Assembly: GCF_032444005.1 (NCBI RefSeq)
Contig: NC_091282.1
Location: 516,398,001-516,462,000 of the forward strand
Source of the DNA: Ranitomeya imitator
Lineage: Eukaryota
Direction of reading: 5' to 3'
Length of the DNA: 64,000 bases
Part shown: piece by piece, positions 25,548 to 37,173 of the stretch
Position numbering within the stretch: position 1 is the first letter of the stretch
Layout of the letters: every line of letters starts with the position of its first letter
Position numbers and translations under genes: made by a program
The notes under the pieces: generated by a model
Database searches by the model: none
Told to the model about the DNA's origin: nothing
The model's input: only the letters and a program-made list of their open reading frames with translations

Positions 25548-26403
25548 AAAAAAGACAGTACACAGGCATAGATGCTTACCTGTCCAGGGCCTCCAAACAA
25601 TTGCACTAACCAAGGTGCAGCGGACCCAAATAGAGATGGCAGATATACAGGTGCAATAATACCGATAAGGCAGCCACCCTACAATCAGGATTTGGCCGCC
25701 TGGCGAACCAGTGCAAACAAATAATCTGTATGTGGCCTGTTCACACAGAAATGCAGAGCATATGGCTCAAAGCCTTTTAATGACGCCATATAGCGGGCTA
25801 ACCATTGCTGACTGTAATGCATCCTGTGTGAACAGAGGCCACAGTTTACAGAGCCATCTAGGGCCCAGCAGCACCCTGAAAAGATAAAGTGCACAAAAAC
25901 ATAACAATGTATGCAAGGTATTGGTTGATATTATGGCCACAATACTAAAGGCGACAACCCACGTCAAGGTTCCTTACATATTGCCGGTCATTAATAGGCT
26001 TTGAACCATATGCTCTGCATTTCTGTGTGAACATGCCACATACAGATTATTTGTTTGCTCAGGGGTGCCAAGCGGGCAATTCCTGATTGTAGGCTGGCTG
26101 CTTTATCGGTATTATTGCACCTGTGTATTTGCCATCTCTATTTGGGTCCGCTGCACCTTGGTTAGTGCAATTGTTTGGAGGCCCTGGACAGGTAAGCATC
26201 TCTGCCTGTGTACTGGCTTTTTTGTCTAGAATAGTGGAGTTTTTCCTCTTGTGGTGTGTTTTTGTTAGATTAGGACCGGCAACATGTAAGGACCCTTGAT
26301 GTGGGTTGCCGCCTTAAGTATTGTGGCCATAATATCAACCAATACCTTGCATACATTGTTATGTTTTTGTGCGCTTTATATCTTTTCAGGGTGAAGCTGG
26401 GCC
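25548..26403. repeat. Crossed inverted duplication A-C-B / A'-D-B'
   Basis: A (25548-25784) is the reverse complement of 25987-26224; B (25862-25989) is the reverse complement of 26274-26403; roughly 90% identity by eye. Confidence 0.9.
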
Positions 26404-28106
26404 TTAAATGGACTCTCATCTCCCTATCCTCTGCACCACATCAGGAGCCAAACCTCCCAACGCCACCTCAGTCGCAGCCCCAATCCGAAAAGAATGGGAT
26501 GGAAACCGAGAAGAGTCTAGACCAATAGCCGACAGGGCTCGCCGAAAAACCACGACAAACTGGAATCTAGAAAGGAAAGACCCATCCTCGTGACACAATA
26601 AAGCCCCATTTTTTCATGGCTGGAAACTAACGGAGACCTGCCAACAATGAATCGGACACCTAGCAGAACCTGGAACCGCACCCAACACCACTTTTTTACC
26701 CTGTCCTGCCTGGTCCGTCTTAGACCGCCATATCCAAAATTGCAACTGGCCCCCAATAATCAAACAAAAAAGGGTCACCTCAAAACTAGAAACACAAATT
26801 ACATGCAAGCGTGCGCCTAAAAGCTCCAACACCCCAAAAGAAACCAGGCGCCTGTGATCCTCTCGGTTCCCCAATCTTCTAAACCCCTTAATCGCTTGCT
26901 TCAACAGAAATATCTTCGTCAAATCTCTAATACCCCGAAGCCTTAAACCAAATGCCAAAGCAGCTGTAATTCTATCGACCTTCGCAGCTGACCAACCTTC
27001 ATCAACCCCACGCCTTAACCACAATAACAAAGCTCCCACTTGATCGTCACCAGAATCAGACACTAACCAATTCTCCCATGAACACCATACCGACCGATAA
27101 GCAGACCACGTGCTGGAAGCCAATGATGCCTGATACAAAGGTTCTGCACCCGGATACCACATTCCAAAGCTCCGGTGGGCATTCCAGACCCCACTCCTTA
27201 GAATACGGTGCCAGCGACCAGAAACGCTCCCACTGAAAACGAGACAAAGAGTCAGTGATGGAATTTTTAACTCCAGGCACATGAGACACCGTAAAATATG
27301 CATTAATGGACAAGCAAGACAAAACCAACTGTCGAAGGACCCTAATAACTGGAGGCGAAGATGTTGTTAAATTGTTGATGGCACAGACAACAGCCATATT
27401 GTCACGATGAAAGCCAACCCTTTTGATCTGAAAGTCACCTTTCCACAGAAGGACCGCAACCAGAATTGAAAAAATCTCAAGGAGAGTAATATTCCTCACC
27501 AACCCAGCTGCAAACCATTCCACAGGCCATCTAGCGGCACCCCACCGGCCACCGAAAAAGGCCCCAAAACCAACACCACCAGAAGCATCAGCCAAAAGAT
27601 CCAAATCCACGTTACCCACCACCTCCTCCATCAGCAATGAACGGCAGTTGTAGCATGCCAAAAAATGGTCCCAAACTTCCAAGTCGGCCTTGAGCTCACA
27701 CGATAAGCGAATAAAATGATAACCCCAGCCGTAGCACTTTCCAGCCTGCGTGAAAAGACCCTCCCCATTGGGATAATTCTACACGCAAAATTCAGTTTTC
27801 TAAGAAGCATCTGAATCTCACGAAGAGGCAACTTATTCAAGCGTCTTATGGAGCGCCCCCAGACGCAGGGCCGCGGGGTACTCAGTACTGGTCCTATTTG
27901 TCTTGGTGCTGGGGTTGTCACGGTGGCTGGACCCAGTCCGTGACCCTGCTAAGGGGTGTCCAATAAAAAGGGTGATGGAATGTTTTTCAAGGGATTCGTG
28001 ACGCCACCTGTGGTATTCAGTCAGGGTGACCGACGCTGCTCAGGGGTCCGCTGGGGTGATGGAATGACAGCTAGATGGTATACCTTCCCACAGGTGAAGT
28101 GTGTCC

Positions 28107-31100
28107 TGTTGTGAATTCTGTTGTCGAACTCCCTCTTGTGGTCATGAATGGTACTTCGGCGAGTTCTGTCTATGGGCTCCCTTTGGTGGCTATGAGTGAA
28201 GCTGCTGCTTCTGAGGTTCCTTACACAGGTGACGTGGTTTGTCCTTTGGTTGGCTGCTCTATTTAACTCCTCTCAGATCGTTTTTGCATTCGTTCAGTTC
28301 GCTCCTGGATCTCTCTGGTGACCTGCCTTCTCCTGCAGAAGCTAAGTTCCTTATAGTCTTATTTTGTTCTCTGTTTTCTTGTCCAGCTGGTTTTCATGAT
28401 TTTGTCTTGCTAGCTGGAAGCTCTGGGATGCAGAGTGGCCCCTCCGCACTGTGAGTCGGTGCGGAGGTCTTTTTTGCACACTTTTGTAGGTTTTGGTGCT
28501 GATCGCAAAGTTACCTTTCCTATCCTCTGTCTATTTAGTAAGTCTGGCCTCCCTTTGCTGAAACCTGTTTCATTTCTGCGTTTGTGACTTTCATCTTTAC
28601 TCACAGTCAATATATGTGGGGGGCTTCCTTTACCTTTGGGGAATTTCTCTGAGGCAAGGTAGGCTTTATTTTCTATCTCTAGGGCTAGATAGTTCTTAGG
28701 CTGTTACGAGGCGCCTAGGTCTGGTCAGGAGCGCTCCACGGCTATTTCTAGTGTGTGTGATAGGATTAGGGCTTGTGGTCAGCAGAGCTCCCACATCCCA
28801 GAGCTCGTCCTGTATGAGGTTTAACTATCAGGTCATTCCGGGTGCTCCTAACCACCAGGTCATAACAGTACAGCTGGCCCAAAGTATTAATGCATCTCAA
28901 TAGAGGGATAAGAGAACTTCTGAGACCATTTTATTTTCTTTGCACTGTGTTTTGTCTTTCTTTTCCCCTAGACCTTTGGGTGGTTCAGGACACAGGTGTA
29001 GATATGGACATTCAAGGTCTGTCCTCTTGTGTGGATCATCTCACTGCAAGGGTACAAAACATTCAAGATTTTGTGGTTCAGAATCCTATGTCAGAGCCTA
29101 GAATTCCTATTCCTGACTTATTTTCTGGGGATAGATCTAGGTTCTTGAATTTCAAAAATAATTGTAAACTGTTTCTAGCTTTGAAACCCCGCTCCTCTGG
29201 TGACCCCGTTCAACAGGTAATAATCATTATTTCTTTGTTGCGTGGCGACCCTCAAGACTGGGCATTTTCCCTTGCGCCAGGAGATCCTGCATTGCGTGAT
29301 GTGATGCGCTTGGATTGCTTTATGATGAACCAAATTCAGTGGATCAGGCAGAGAAAATCTTGCTGGCTTTGTGTCAGGGTTAGGATGAAGCGGAGGTGTA
29401 CTGTCAGAAGTTTAGAAATTGGTCAGTGCTTACTCAGTGGAATGAATGTGCCCTGGCGGCAATTTTCAGAAAGGGTCTTTCTGAAGCCCTTAAGGATGTC
29501 ATGGTGGGATTTCCCACGCCTGCTGGTCTGAATGAGTCTATGTCTTTGGCCATTCAGAACGATCGGCGCATGCGTGAGCGCAAAGCTGTGAACCATATGG
29601 CGGTATTCTCTGAGCATAGGCCTGAGCCTATGCAGTGTGATAGGACTTTGACCAGAGCTGAACGGCAAGAACACAGATGTCGGAATGGGCTGTGTTTTTA
29701 CTGTGGTGAATTCACTCATGCTATCTCCGATTGTCCTAGATGCACTAAGCGGTTCGCTAGATCTGCCACCATTGGTACGGTACAGTCTAAATTTCTTTTG
29801 TCCGTTACTCTGATTTGCTCTCTGTTGTCCTATTCTGTAATGGCATTTGTGGATTCAGGCGCTGCCCTGAATTTGATGGACTTGGAGTTTGCCAGGCGCT
29901 GTGGTTTTTTCTTGGAGCCCTTGCAGTATCCTATTCCATTGAGAGGAATTGATGCTACGCCTTTGGCCAAGAATAAGCCTCAGTACTGGACTCAGTTGAC
30001 CATGTGCATGGCTCCTGCACATCAGGAGGATATTCGCTTTTTGGTGTTGCATAATCTGCATGATGTGGTCGTTTTGGGGTTGCCATGGCTACAGGTCCAT
30101 AATCCAGTGTTGGATTGGAAATCTATGTCTGTGTCCAGCTGGGGTTGTCAGGGGGTACATGGTGATGTTCCATTGCTGTCAATTTCGCCATCCACTCCTT
30201 CTGAAGTCCCTGAGTTTTTATCTGATTACCGGGATGTATTTGAAGAGCCCAAATCTGGTGCCCTACCTCCTCATAGGGATTGCGACTGTGCTATTAATTT
30301 GATTCCTGGTTGTAAGTTTCCTAAGGGCCGTCTGTTTAATTTATCTGTGCCAGAGCACGCCGCTATGCGGAGTTATATAAAAGAATCCTTGGAGAAGGGT
30401 CATATTCGTCCGTCGTCATCACCATTGGGAGCAGGGTTCTTTTTTGTGGCTAAGAAGGATGGTTCTTTGAGACCTTGTATTGATTACCGCCTTCTTAATA
30501 AGATCACAGTCAAATTTCAGTATCCTTTGCCGCTGCTGTCTGATTTATTTGCTCGGATTAAGGGGGCTAGTTGGTTCACCAAGATAGATCTTCGTGGTGC
30601 GTATAATCTTGTGCGAATTAAACAGGGTGATGAATGGAAAACGGCATTTAATACGCCCGAGGGCCATTTTGAGTACCTGGTTATGCCATTCGGGCTTTCT
30701 AATGCTCCATCTGTGTTTCAGTCCTTTATGCATGACATCTTCCGAGAGTACCTGGATAGATTCATGATTGTATTTTTGGATGACATTTTGGTCTTTTCAG
30801 GTGATTGGGAGTCTCATGTGAAGCAGGTGAGAATGGTGTTCCAGGTCCTTCGTGCAAATTCCTTGTTTGTGAAGGGGTCAAAGTGTCTCTTTGGAGTTCA
30901 GAAGGTTTCATTTTTGGGTTTCATTTTTTCCCCTTCTACTATCGAGATGGACCCTGTTACAGTTCAGGCCATTTACGATTGGACTCAGCCGACATCTGTG
31001 AAGAGCTTACAGAAGTTCCTGGGCTTTGCTAATTTTTATCGTCGCTTCATCGCTAATTTTTCCAGTATTGCTAAACCGTTGACTGATTTGACCAAGAAAG

Positions 31101-33814
31101 GTGCTGATGTGGTCAATTGGTCCTCTGCGGCTGTAGAGGCTTTTCAGGAGTTGAAGCGTCATTTTGCCTCTGCCCCTGTGTTGTGCCAGCCAGATGTTTC
31201 GCTCCCTTTTCAGGTTGAGGTTGATGCTTCTGAAATTGGAGCAGGGGCTGTTTTGTCACAAAGAAGTTCTGATGGCTCGGTGATGAAACCCTGTGCCTTC
31301 TTTTCTAGAAAATTCTCGCCTGCTGAGCGCAATTATGATGTGGGCAATTGGGAGTTGTTGGCCATGAAGTGGGCATTCGAGGAGTGGCGACATTGGCTTG
31401 AAGGAGCTAAACATCGTGTGGTGGTCTTGACGGATCACAAGAATTTGACTTATCTCGAGTCTGCCAAACGGTTGAATCCTAGACAGGCTCGATGGTCGCT
31501 CTTTTTCTCCCATTTTGATTTTGTGGTTTCATACCTTCCGGGATCTAAGAATGTGAAGGCTGACGCCCTGTCAAGGAGTTTTGTGCCTGACTCTCCGGGT
31601 GTTCCGGAGCCGGCGGGTATTCTTAAAGAAGGGGTAATTTTGTCTGCCATTTCCCCTGATTTGCGGCGGGTGCTGCAAAAGTTTCAGGCTGATAGACCTG
31701 ACCGTTGTCCTACGGAGAAACTGTTTGTCCCTGATAGATGGACTAGTAGAGTTATCTCTGAGATTCATTGTTCAGTGTTGGCTGGTCATCCTGGAATCTT
31801 TGGTACCAGAGATTTGGTGGCTAGATCCTTTTGGTGGCCTTCTTTGTCACGGGATGTGCGTTCTTTTGTGCAGTCCTGTGGGACTTGTGCTCGGGCTAAA
31901 CCCTGCTGTTCTCGTTCCAGTGGGTTGCTTTTGCCCTTGCCGATCCCGAAGAGGCCCTGGACGCATATTTCCATGGATTTTATTTCTGACCTCCCTGTTT
32001 CTCAAAAGATGTCGGTCATTTGGGTGGTTTGTGATCGCTTCTCTAAGATGGTCCATTTGGTACCCTTGTCTAAATTGCCTTCCTCCTCTGATTTGGTGCC
32101 ATTGTTTTTCCAGCATGTGGTTCGTTTGCATGGCATTCCAGAGAACATCGTCTCGGACAGAGGTTCCCAGTTTGTTTCGAGGTTTTGGCGGTCCTTTTGC
32201 GCTAAGATGGGCATTGATTTGTCTTTTTCTTCGGCTTTCCATCCTCAGACTAATGGCCAAACCGAGCGAACTAATCAGAGTTTAGGATGATTGGGTGTCC
32301 TTCTTGCCTTTGGCTGAGTTCGCCCTTAATAATCGGGCCAGCTCAGCTACTTTAGTTTCTCCTTTTTTCTGTAATTCTGTTTTCCATCCTCGTTTCTCTT
32401 CAGGGCAGGTTGAGCCTTCGGACTGTCCTGGTGTGGATGCGGTGGTGGACAGGTTGCAGCAGATTTGGACTCATGTGGTGAACAATTTGACATTGTCCCA
32501 GGAGAAGGCTCAACGCTTTGCTAACCGCCGGCGTTGTGTTGGTCCCCGACTTCGTGTTGGGGATTTGGTTTGGTTGTCATCTCGTCACGTTCCTATGAAG
32601 GTTTCCTCTCCTAAGTTTAAGCCTCGTTTCATTGGGCCATACAAGATTTCTGAAGTTCTTAATCCTGTGTCATTTCGTTTGGACCTTCCAGCTTCTTTTG
32701 CCATCCATTATGTGTTCCATAGGTCGTTGTTGCGGAGATACGTGGCGCCTATGGTTCCCTCCGTTGATCCTCCTGCCCCGGTGTTGGTCGAGGGGGAGTT
32801 GGAGTATGTGGTGGAGAAGATTTTGGATTCTCGTGTTTCAAGACGGAAACTCCAGTACCTGGTCAAGTGGAAGGGTTATGGTCAGGAAGATAATTCCTGG
32901 GTTTTTGCCTCTGATGTTCATGCTGCCGATCTGGTTCGAGCCTTTAATTTGGCTCATCCTGATCGGCCTGGGGGCTCTGGTGAGGGTTCGGTGACCCCTC
33001 CTCAAGGGGGGGGTACTGTTGTGAATTCTGTTGTCGAACTCCCTCCTGTGGTCGTGAATGGTACTTCGGCGAGTTCTGTCTATGGGCTCCCTCTGGTGGC
33101 TATGAGTGAAGCTGCTGCTTCTGAGGTTCCTTACACAGGTGACGTGGTTTGTCCTTTGGTTGGCTGCTCTATTTAACTCCTCTCATATCGTTACTCCATG
33201 CCAGCTGTCAATGTTTTTGCATTCGTTCAGTTCGCTCCTGGATCTCTCTGGTGACCTGCCTTCTCCTGCAGAAGTTAAGTTCCTTATAGTCTTATTTTGT
33301 TCTCTGTTTTCTTGTCCAGCTGGTTTTCATGATTTTGTCTTGCTAGCTGGAAGCTCTGGGATGCAGAGTGGCCCCTCCGCACCGTGAGTCGGTGCGGAGG
33401 TCTTTTTTGCACACTCTGCGTGGTCTTTTGTAGGTTTTTGTGCTGATCGCAAAGTTACCTTTCCTATCCTCTCTCTATTTAGTAAGTCTGGCCTCCCTTT
33501 GCTGAAACCTGTTTCATTTCTGCGTTTGTGACTTTCATCTTTACTCACAGTCAATATATGTGGGGGGCTTCCTTTACCTTTGGGGAATTTCTCTGAGGCA
33601 AGGTAGGCTTTATTTTCTATCTCTAGGGCTAGAGCCTAGTTCTTAGGCTGTGACGAGGCGCCTAGGTCTGGTCAGGAACGCTCCACAGTTATTTCTAGTG
33701 TGTGTGATAGGATTAGGGCTTGCGGTCAGCAGAGTTCCCACATCCCAGAGCTCGTCCTGTATGAGGTTTAACTATCAGGTCATTCCGGGTGCTCCTAACC
33801 ACCAGGTCATAACA
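28107..33814 (+). mobile_element. Ty3/Gypsy chromovirus-type LTR retrotransposon with two LTRs
   Basis: LTRs 28107-28867 and 33017-33814 (TGTTGTGA...TCATAACA); polypurine tract AAGGGGGGGG before the 3' LTR; flanking GTGTCC on both sides; gag-pol motifs. Confidence 0.97.
29004..33176 (+). pseudogene. Gypsy gag-pol polyprotein (gag, CCHC knuckle, protease, RT, RNase H, integrase, chromodomain), disrupted
   Basis: Gag from ATG 29004; frameshifting deletion near 29300; CFYCGEFTHAISDC; FVDSGA; LRPCIDYR, FLDD (catalytic YxDD altered); VDASEIG; HPG..CGTC, DFISD, SDRGSQF, HPQTNGQTERTNQ followed by a second frameshifting deletion near 32285; FIGPYKI; chromodomain YVVEKILDSR...YLVKWKGY...NSW. Confidence 0.95.
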
Positions 33815-35178
33815 GTGTCCCCAGGGCTTCCCAGTAGTGTAGGTGGCGATGATTTGAGGCGCAGTTAATAATGAGGACACAGGGTTGCAGTCTCTTTACC
33901 TTTTACTGAAGAATTCGGGATCCTCAATCCAGAACACTGCTAACAGGGCAGGCTGAGTCCGGCCGGTCCGAAGGCACATCCAGAGTTCCCTTTGCAGGTG
34001 GAAATCAGTGCCTACCACTAGCGCCTGTGTGTTGTAGTTCTTCCCTGCTGAGCATTCGGGATAGTCCTCACAACTCTCGTATTCGTTCTCTCTCTCCCTC
34101 CGTCCCCCAAGTTTATCTGGATAGGACGCAGCCGTTTGACGGGAAGGCTCGGAGCTATTCTGGGACCCTAGAGACGCCCCTCTCCACGCTTGCCCCCCAT
34201 GTCTTCTGATGTATGGTAGACAGCCAACCTATAATCAACTGTCCTGCGGTATTTGAAGTAATGCTTGAAGTCAGTTACTCCCTCGGTGTTCTGGTCACCG
34301 GCTATGCGCCTCAGTAGGATGTTGCCGTTTTCGGGGCACGACTCCTACTGGCTCTCCTTTGTGCTTGATCTCGTTTCTCACTTTTCCACAATATCCTTCT
34401 CTTCGTGTCCTTCTTTGAGATACCGCCGCAAGGTTGTGCAGGCGCGGTTCCGTCACTCTCTATCCTTTCTGCTAGGCCCCTGGCAGGAACCCACACCTGA
34501 CAGGTCCTCCCTGGAGCTCTCCCAGGCTGCGTTCTGAACTAACTTCCTATCCAACCCCCAGTTTTACCAGTGTGAGGAGTGGCATAATACATAGTGCCTT
34601 TTGCTCCCCCTGGTGGCCGGAGTGTGAAGTGTAATGTGTGCTTGTGATACCTGGTCAGGTGAACTCCTTTAGTGCAATCAGACATAACATCACTCCCCTT
34701 AGTGGCAGAGCGACAATACTGCAACGACCAGGACTCTGGGGCGCTGCACTTACTCAAGCCACTTCACACCTCAATCCTTTCACCTTTTCATCAGGCAACC
34801 TGAACTCCCAATAACTGAATCAATAACAATGCCTAAAAAAGAGAGGCTCGTGCACGGACCCTCCGTTTTCCCCAGCGCCAACGGGATGCCAAATCGCTCG
34901 GCTATCCAGACAACCATCTTTAATATAACTTCACAACTCCGGGACTGACCCGGCCCAATGCACAGAAAGTCATCCAAACAGTGTATCATGGAATCCAAAC
35001 CGGACACATCCCGCACCACCCATTCGAGAAAAGAACTGAAAGCTTCAAAATACGCGCACGACAACGAGCAACCCATCGGCAAACATCTATCAACATAAAC
35101 CCCCCCCCGTTACAATAACAACCTAGCAACTTCGCATTATCAGGGTGAACCAGTAACAAATGAAAAGCGGACTCAATA

Positions 35179-35512
35179 TCTTAGAAAGAAGAAATATAAG
35201 CCAGCTCACCCGTGATTCATAAATCAAACTTCAGGAGCACGGACCCGCTGTGTTCAGGCGTATAAAGTCCAAAAAAAGAAGAGAATGTCCAGCTTCACCG
35301 AATCCGTAAAAAAGACTTTTCTTTATTCACAAACTTTAAGTATAGAGGATGCAGAGGATATCATGATGAAGCGAGCTCAGTCTCCAGAAACGCGTTGAGA
35401 TTCTTACCCATATGGTTCGTGCTGATGTCTGTATCCTCTATGCTTAAAGTTTGTGAATAAGGAAAACTCTTTTTTATGGATTCGGTGAAACTGGACATTC
35501 TCTTCTTTTTTT
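35179..35512. mobile_element. Short Penelope-like (pseudo-LTR) insertion with 90-bp inverted arms
   Basis: Flanked by direct repeat GGACTCAATA (35169-35178, 35513-35522); removal restores DIRS RT codons AGIESAF; arms 35266-35355 and 35428-35517 match at 84/90; AATAAA in the reverse arm. The Penelope assignment is inference. Confidence 0.6.
35356..35403 (+). ncRNA. Degenerate type I hammerhead-ribozyme-like motif
   Basis: ATC-ATGATGA-AGCGAGCTCAGTCTCCA-GAAACGCGTT-GAGAT: CUGAUGA core with C>A, partial stem II (GAG/CTC), GAAA, palindromic stem III and a GUU triplet. Confidence 0.45.
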
Positions 35513-36174
35513 GGACTCAATACCTGCCTTAGCCAACAACGCGCCCCTGCCGCAACTACGCACCCATCGTGCCAGCTCATCCAAAGATGTATAGACCACA
35601 GAACTAAGCTCCGGGTCTATCCCATCATTCACGGACCTCCCCCAGGGATAAGACAAATGCTGTATCAACCTAAACTTGTTTGGTTCCTTCTTTGGAACTA
35701 TGCCCAAAGGCGGCACAACCAAATCCTCCAACGGAGGAATCGGAAAAGGTCCAGACGTCCTATCTTAAAAAAACTACTTATTAGCATATCGCATCCAATG
35801 ATCTCGCATCGGATGCGATACGCCAGTGTGACGCCGGCCTAATGGGTGTCGCAGCTCCAGGTCCGGCATCTCCTATCTTCTTGCAATGCCGCCCTCCTAC
35901 TTCTTCTTCACTCCCCGGCATTGTATCTTTTACTCCAGTCACCTACAGAGCACATCGTAAAACATTATACAACAAAGGGTGAGGAACCTCAGGCATATGG
36001 GCCTTTTAATGGCTTCTGGCCTTTTAGGTTCTTCTTACTCTGCAGCACGCATGCATAGCATTCACTACTGAGCGCTACAGCACATGCAATGAAATATTAT
36101 GACAGGACGCACTTTGTGGACGTATTTAGCGCAAGATACACTCCCGTTCAACAAAAGAAGACTGCAGCGGCAGC

Positions 36175-36330
36175 GTCTCCTGTGATGTCTATACCATAGC
36201 CCCATGTTTCCTGTGATGTCTATACCACAGTCTTATGTCTCCTGTTATATATACAATATATCAGTCTCAGTTTCTCCTGCATGATGTATATGGCAGTCTC
36301 AGTGTCTCCTTTGTGATGTATATACAGCAG
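36175..36330 (+). repeat. ~29-bp degenerate minisatellite
   Basis: About 5 copies of TCTCCTGTGATGT.TATAC..CAGTC. Confidence 0.6.
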
Positions 36331-37173
36331 ACATACCACTGCTTGAGTTCTATGCTACATGAACAATGCAATTTTGCACTGCGAGGAGATTTGCAGTGTA
36401 ATATACATCTATGTTCGGTACAACTTAGTGCTGGAAGTTTTTTACAAAACTTATCAGCCTATGCTCCAGACAAATGCAAATCTGGAAAAGCAGTTACAAG
36501 AAGCAAATTCATCCATACCACCTAACATCACAGCTACACCAAGGCAAAGCAGCTCCAGCCTGTTAGGAATACCTACGGGTAATGCAATTGTTATCCTCTG
36601 GTTTCTAGACTGCTCCACCAGCCTGTCCGTGCTGGGGGTACAGCTATCGTGCACTTGAGTGGTGCGACTACACATGGTGATGCCTCGTCTGTGGAAGTGG
36701 TGAGCGATGTGTGACCACGGGATGCCATGCTCCCCACTTGTCACCTGGGCCATGTAACATGGGATGCTGTATCTCCCGCTTGCCAGGACACTGTGTTCCC
36801 TGGTGTTAGCCATTGTTGGGAATATGTACAGGTGAGCAGGCAGTGGCTACCTGGACATGACTGGGAGGAATGAATTACCTGATTATTACCCTTGGATTTG
36901 CTATTTAAGGCCTGCTTCTATTCCAGTTCAGTGCTGTTTATTCACTTCCCTTGAGTAGTGGTATGATGAGTGTTCCCTGGTTGAGCTCTGGTTGCCTCTC
37001 AGTAGTTGCTAATTGTCATTATTGGTTCTCTTTCCTTAGCTATTGTCCCAGGTTTTCCATTGGGTTTTCATTTGGGTTTTATGCTGCTAGCTTTGCATTT
37101 ACTCTTGTACCTGACTCTACATACTGTAAAGCCGCCCTCTCCTTCGGGAGTGGATGAATAACCTGGCCCTTAA

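Larger units (their letters stand above)
27849..34748 (-). mobile_element. Solo LTR (about 1186 bp reconstructed) inserted in the DIRS element and itself split by a Gypsy element
   Basis: Termini TGGAGCGCCCC...GGGGCGCTGCA; perfect TSD CTTA at 27845-27848 and 34749-34752; reverse-complement homologue of 11587-12781. Confidence 0.93.
25400..35775 (-). mobile_element. DIRS-order (Ngaro-like) tyrosine-recombinase retrotransposon, degenerate and multiply interrupted
   Basis: RT pieces at 35523-35775 (PLGIVPKKEPNKFRLIQHLSYP) and 34753-35178 (DRCLPMGCS...HCLDDFL...GKTEGP); RNase H at 27056-27848 (CRIIPMGRVF, DASGGVGFGA, DN.AVV, DSLSRFQ); overlapping YR at 26410-27150 (RSKTDQ, HSFRIGAAT); terminal-repeat-like AATAAAGGCTGCGGTGGCC on the minus strand near 25480. 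Confidence 0.9.

Noticed and set aside
34775-34800. Minus-strand CTGATGA...GAAA hammerhead-like string
   Set aside because: No stem II; it is DIRS RT coding sequence (PDEKVK). CTGATGAAGG at 14586 likewise lacks GAAA and stems.
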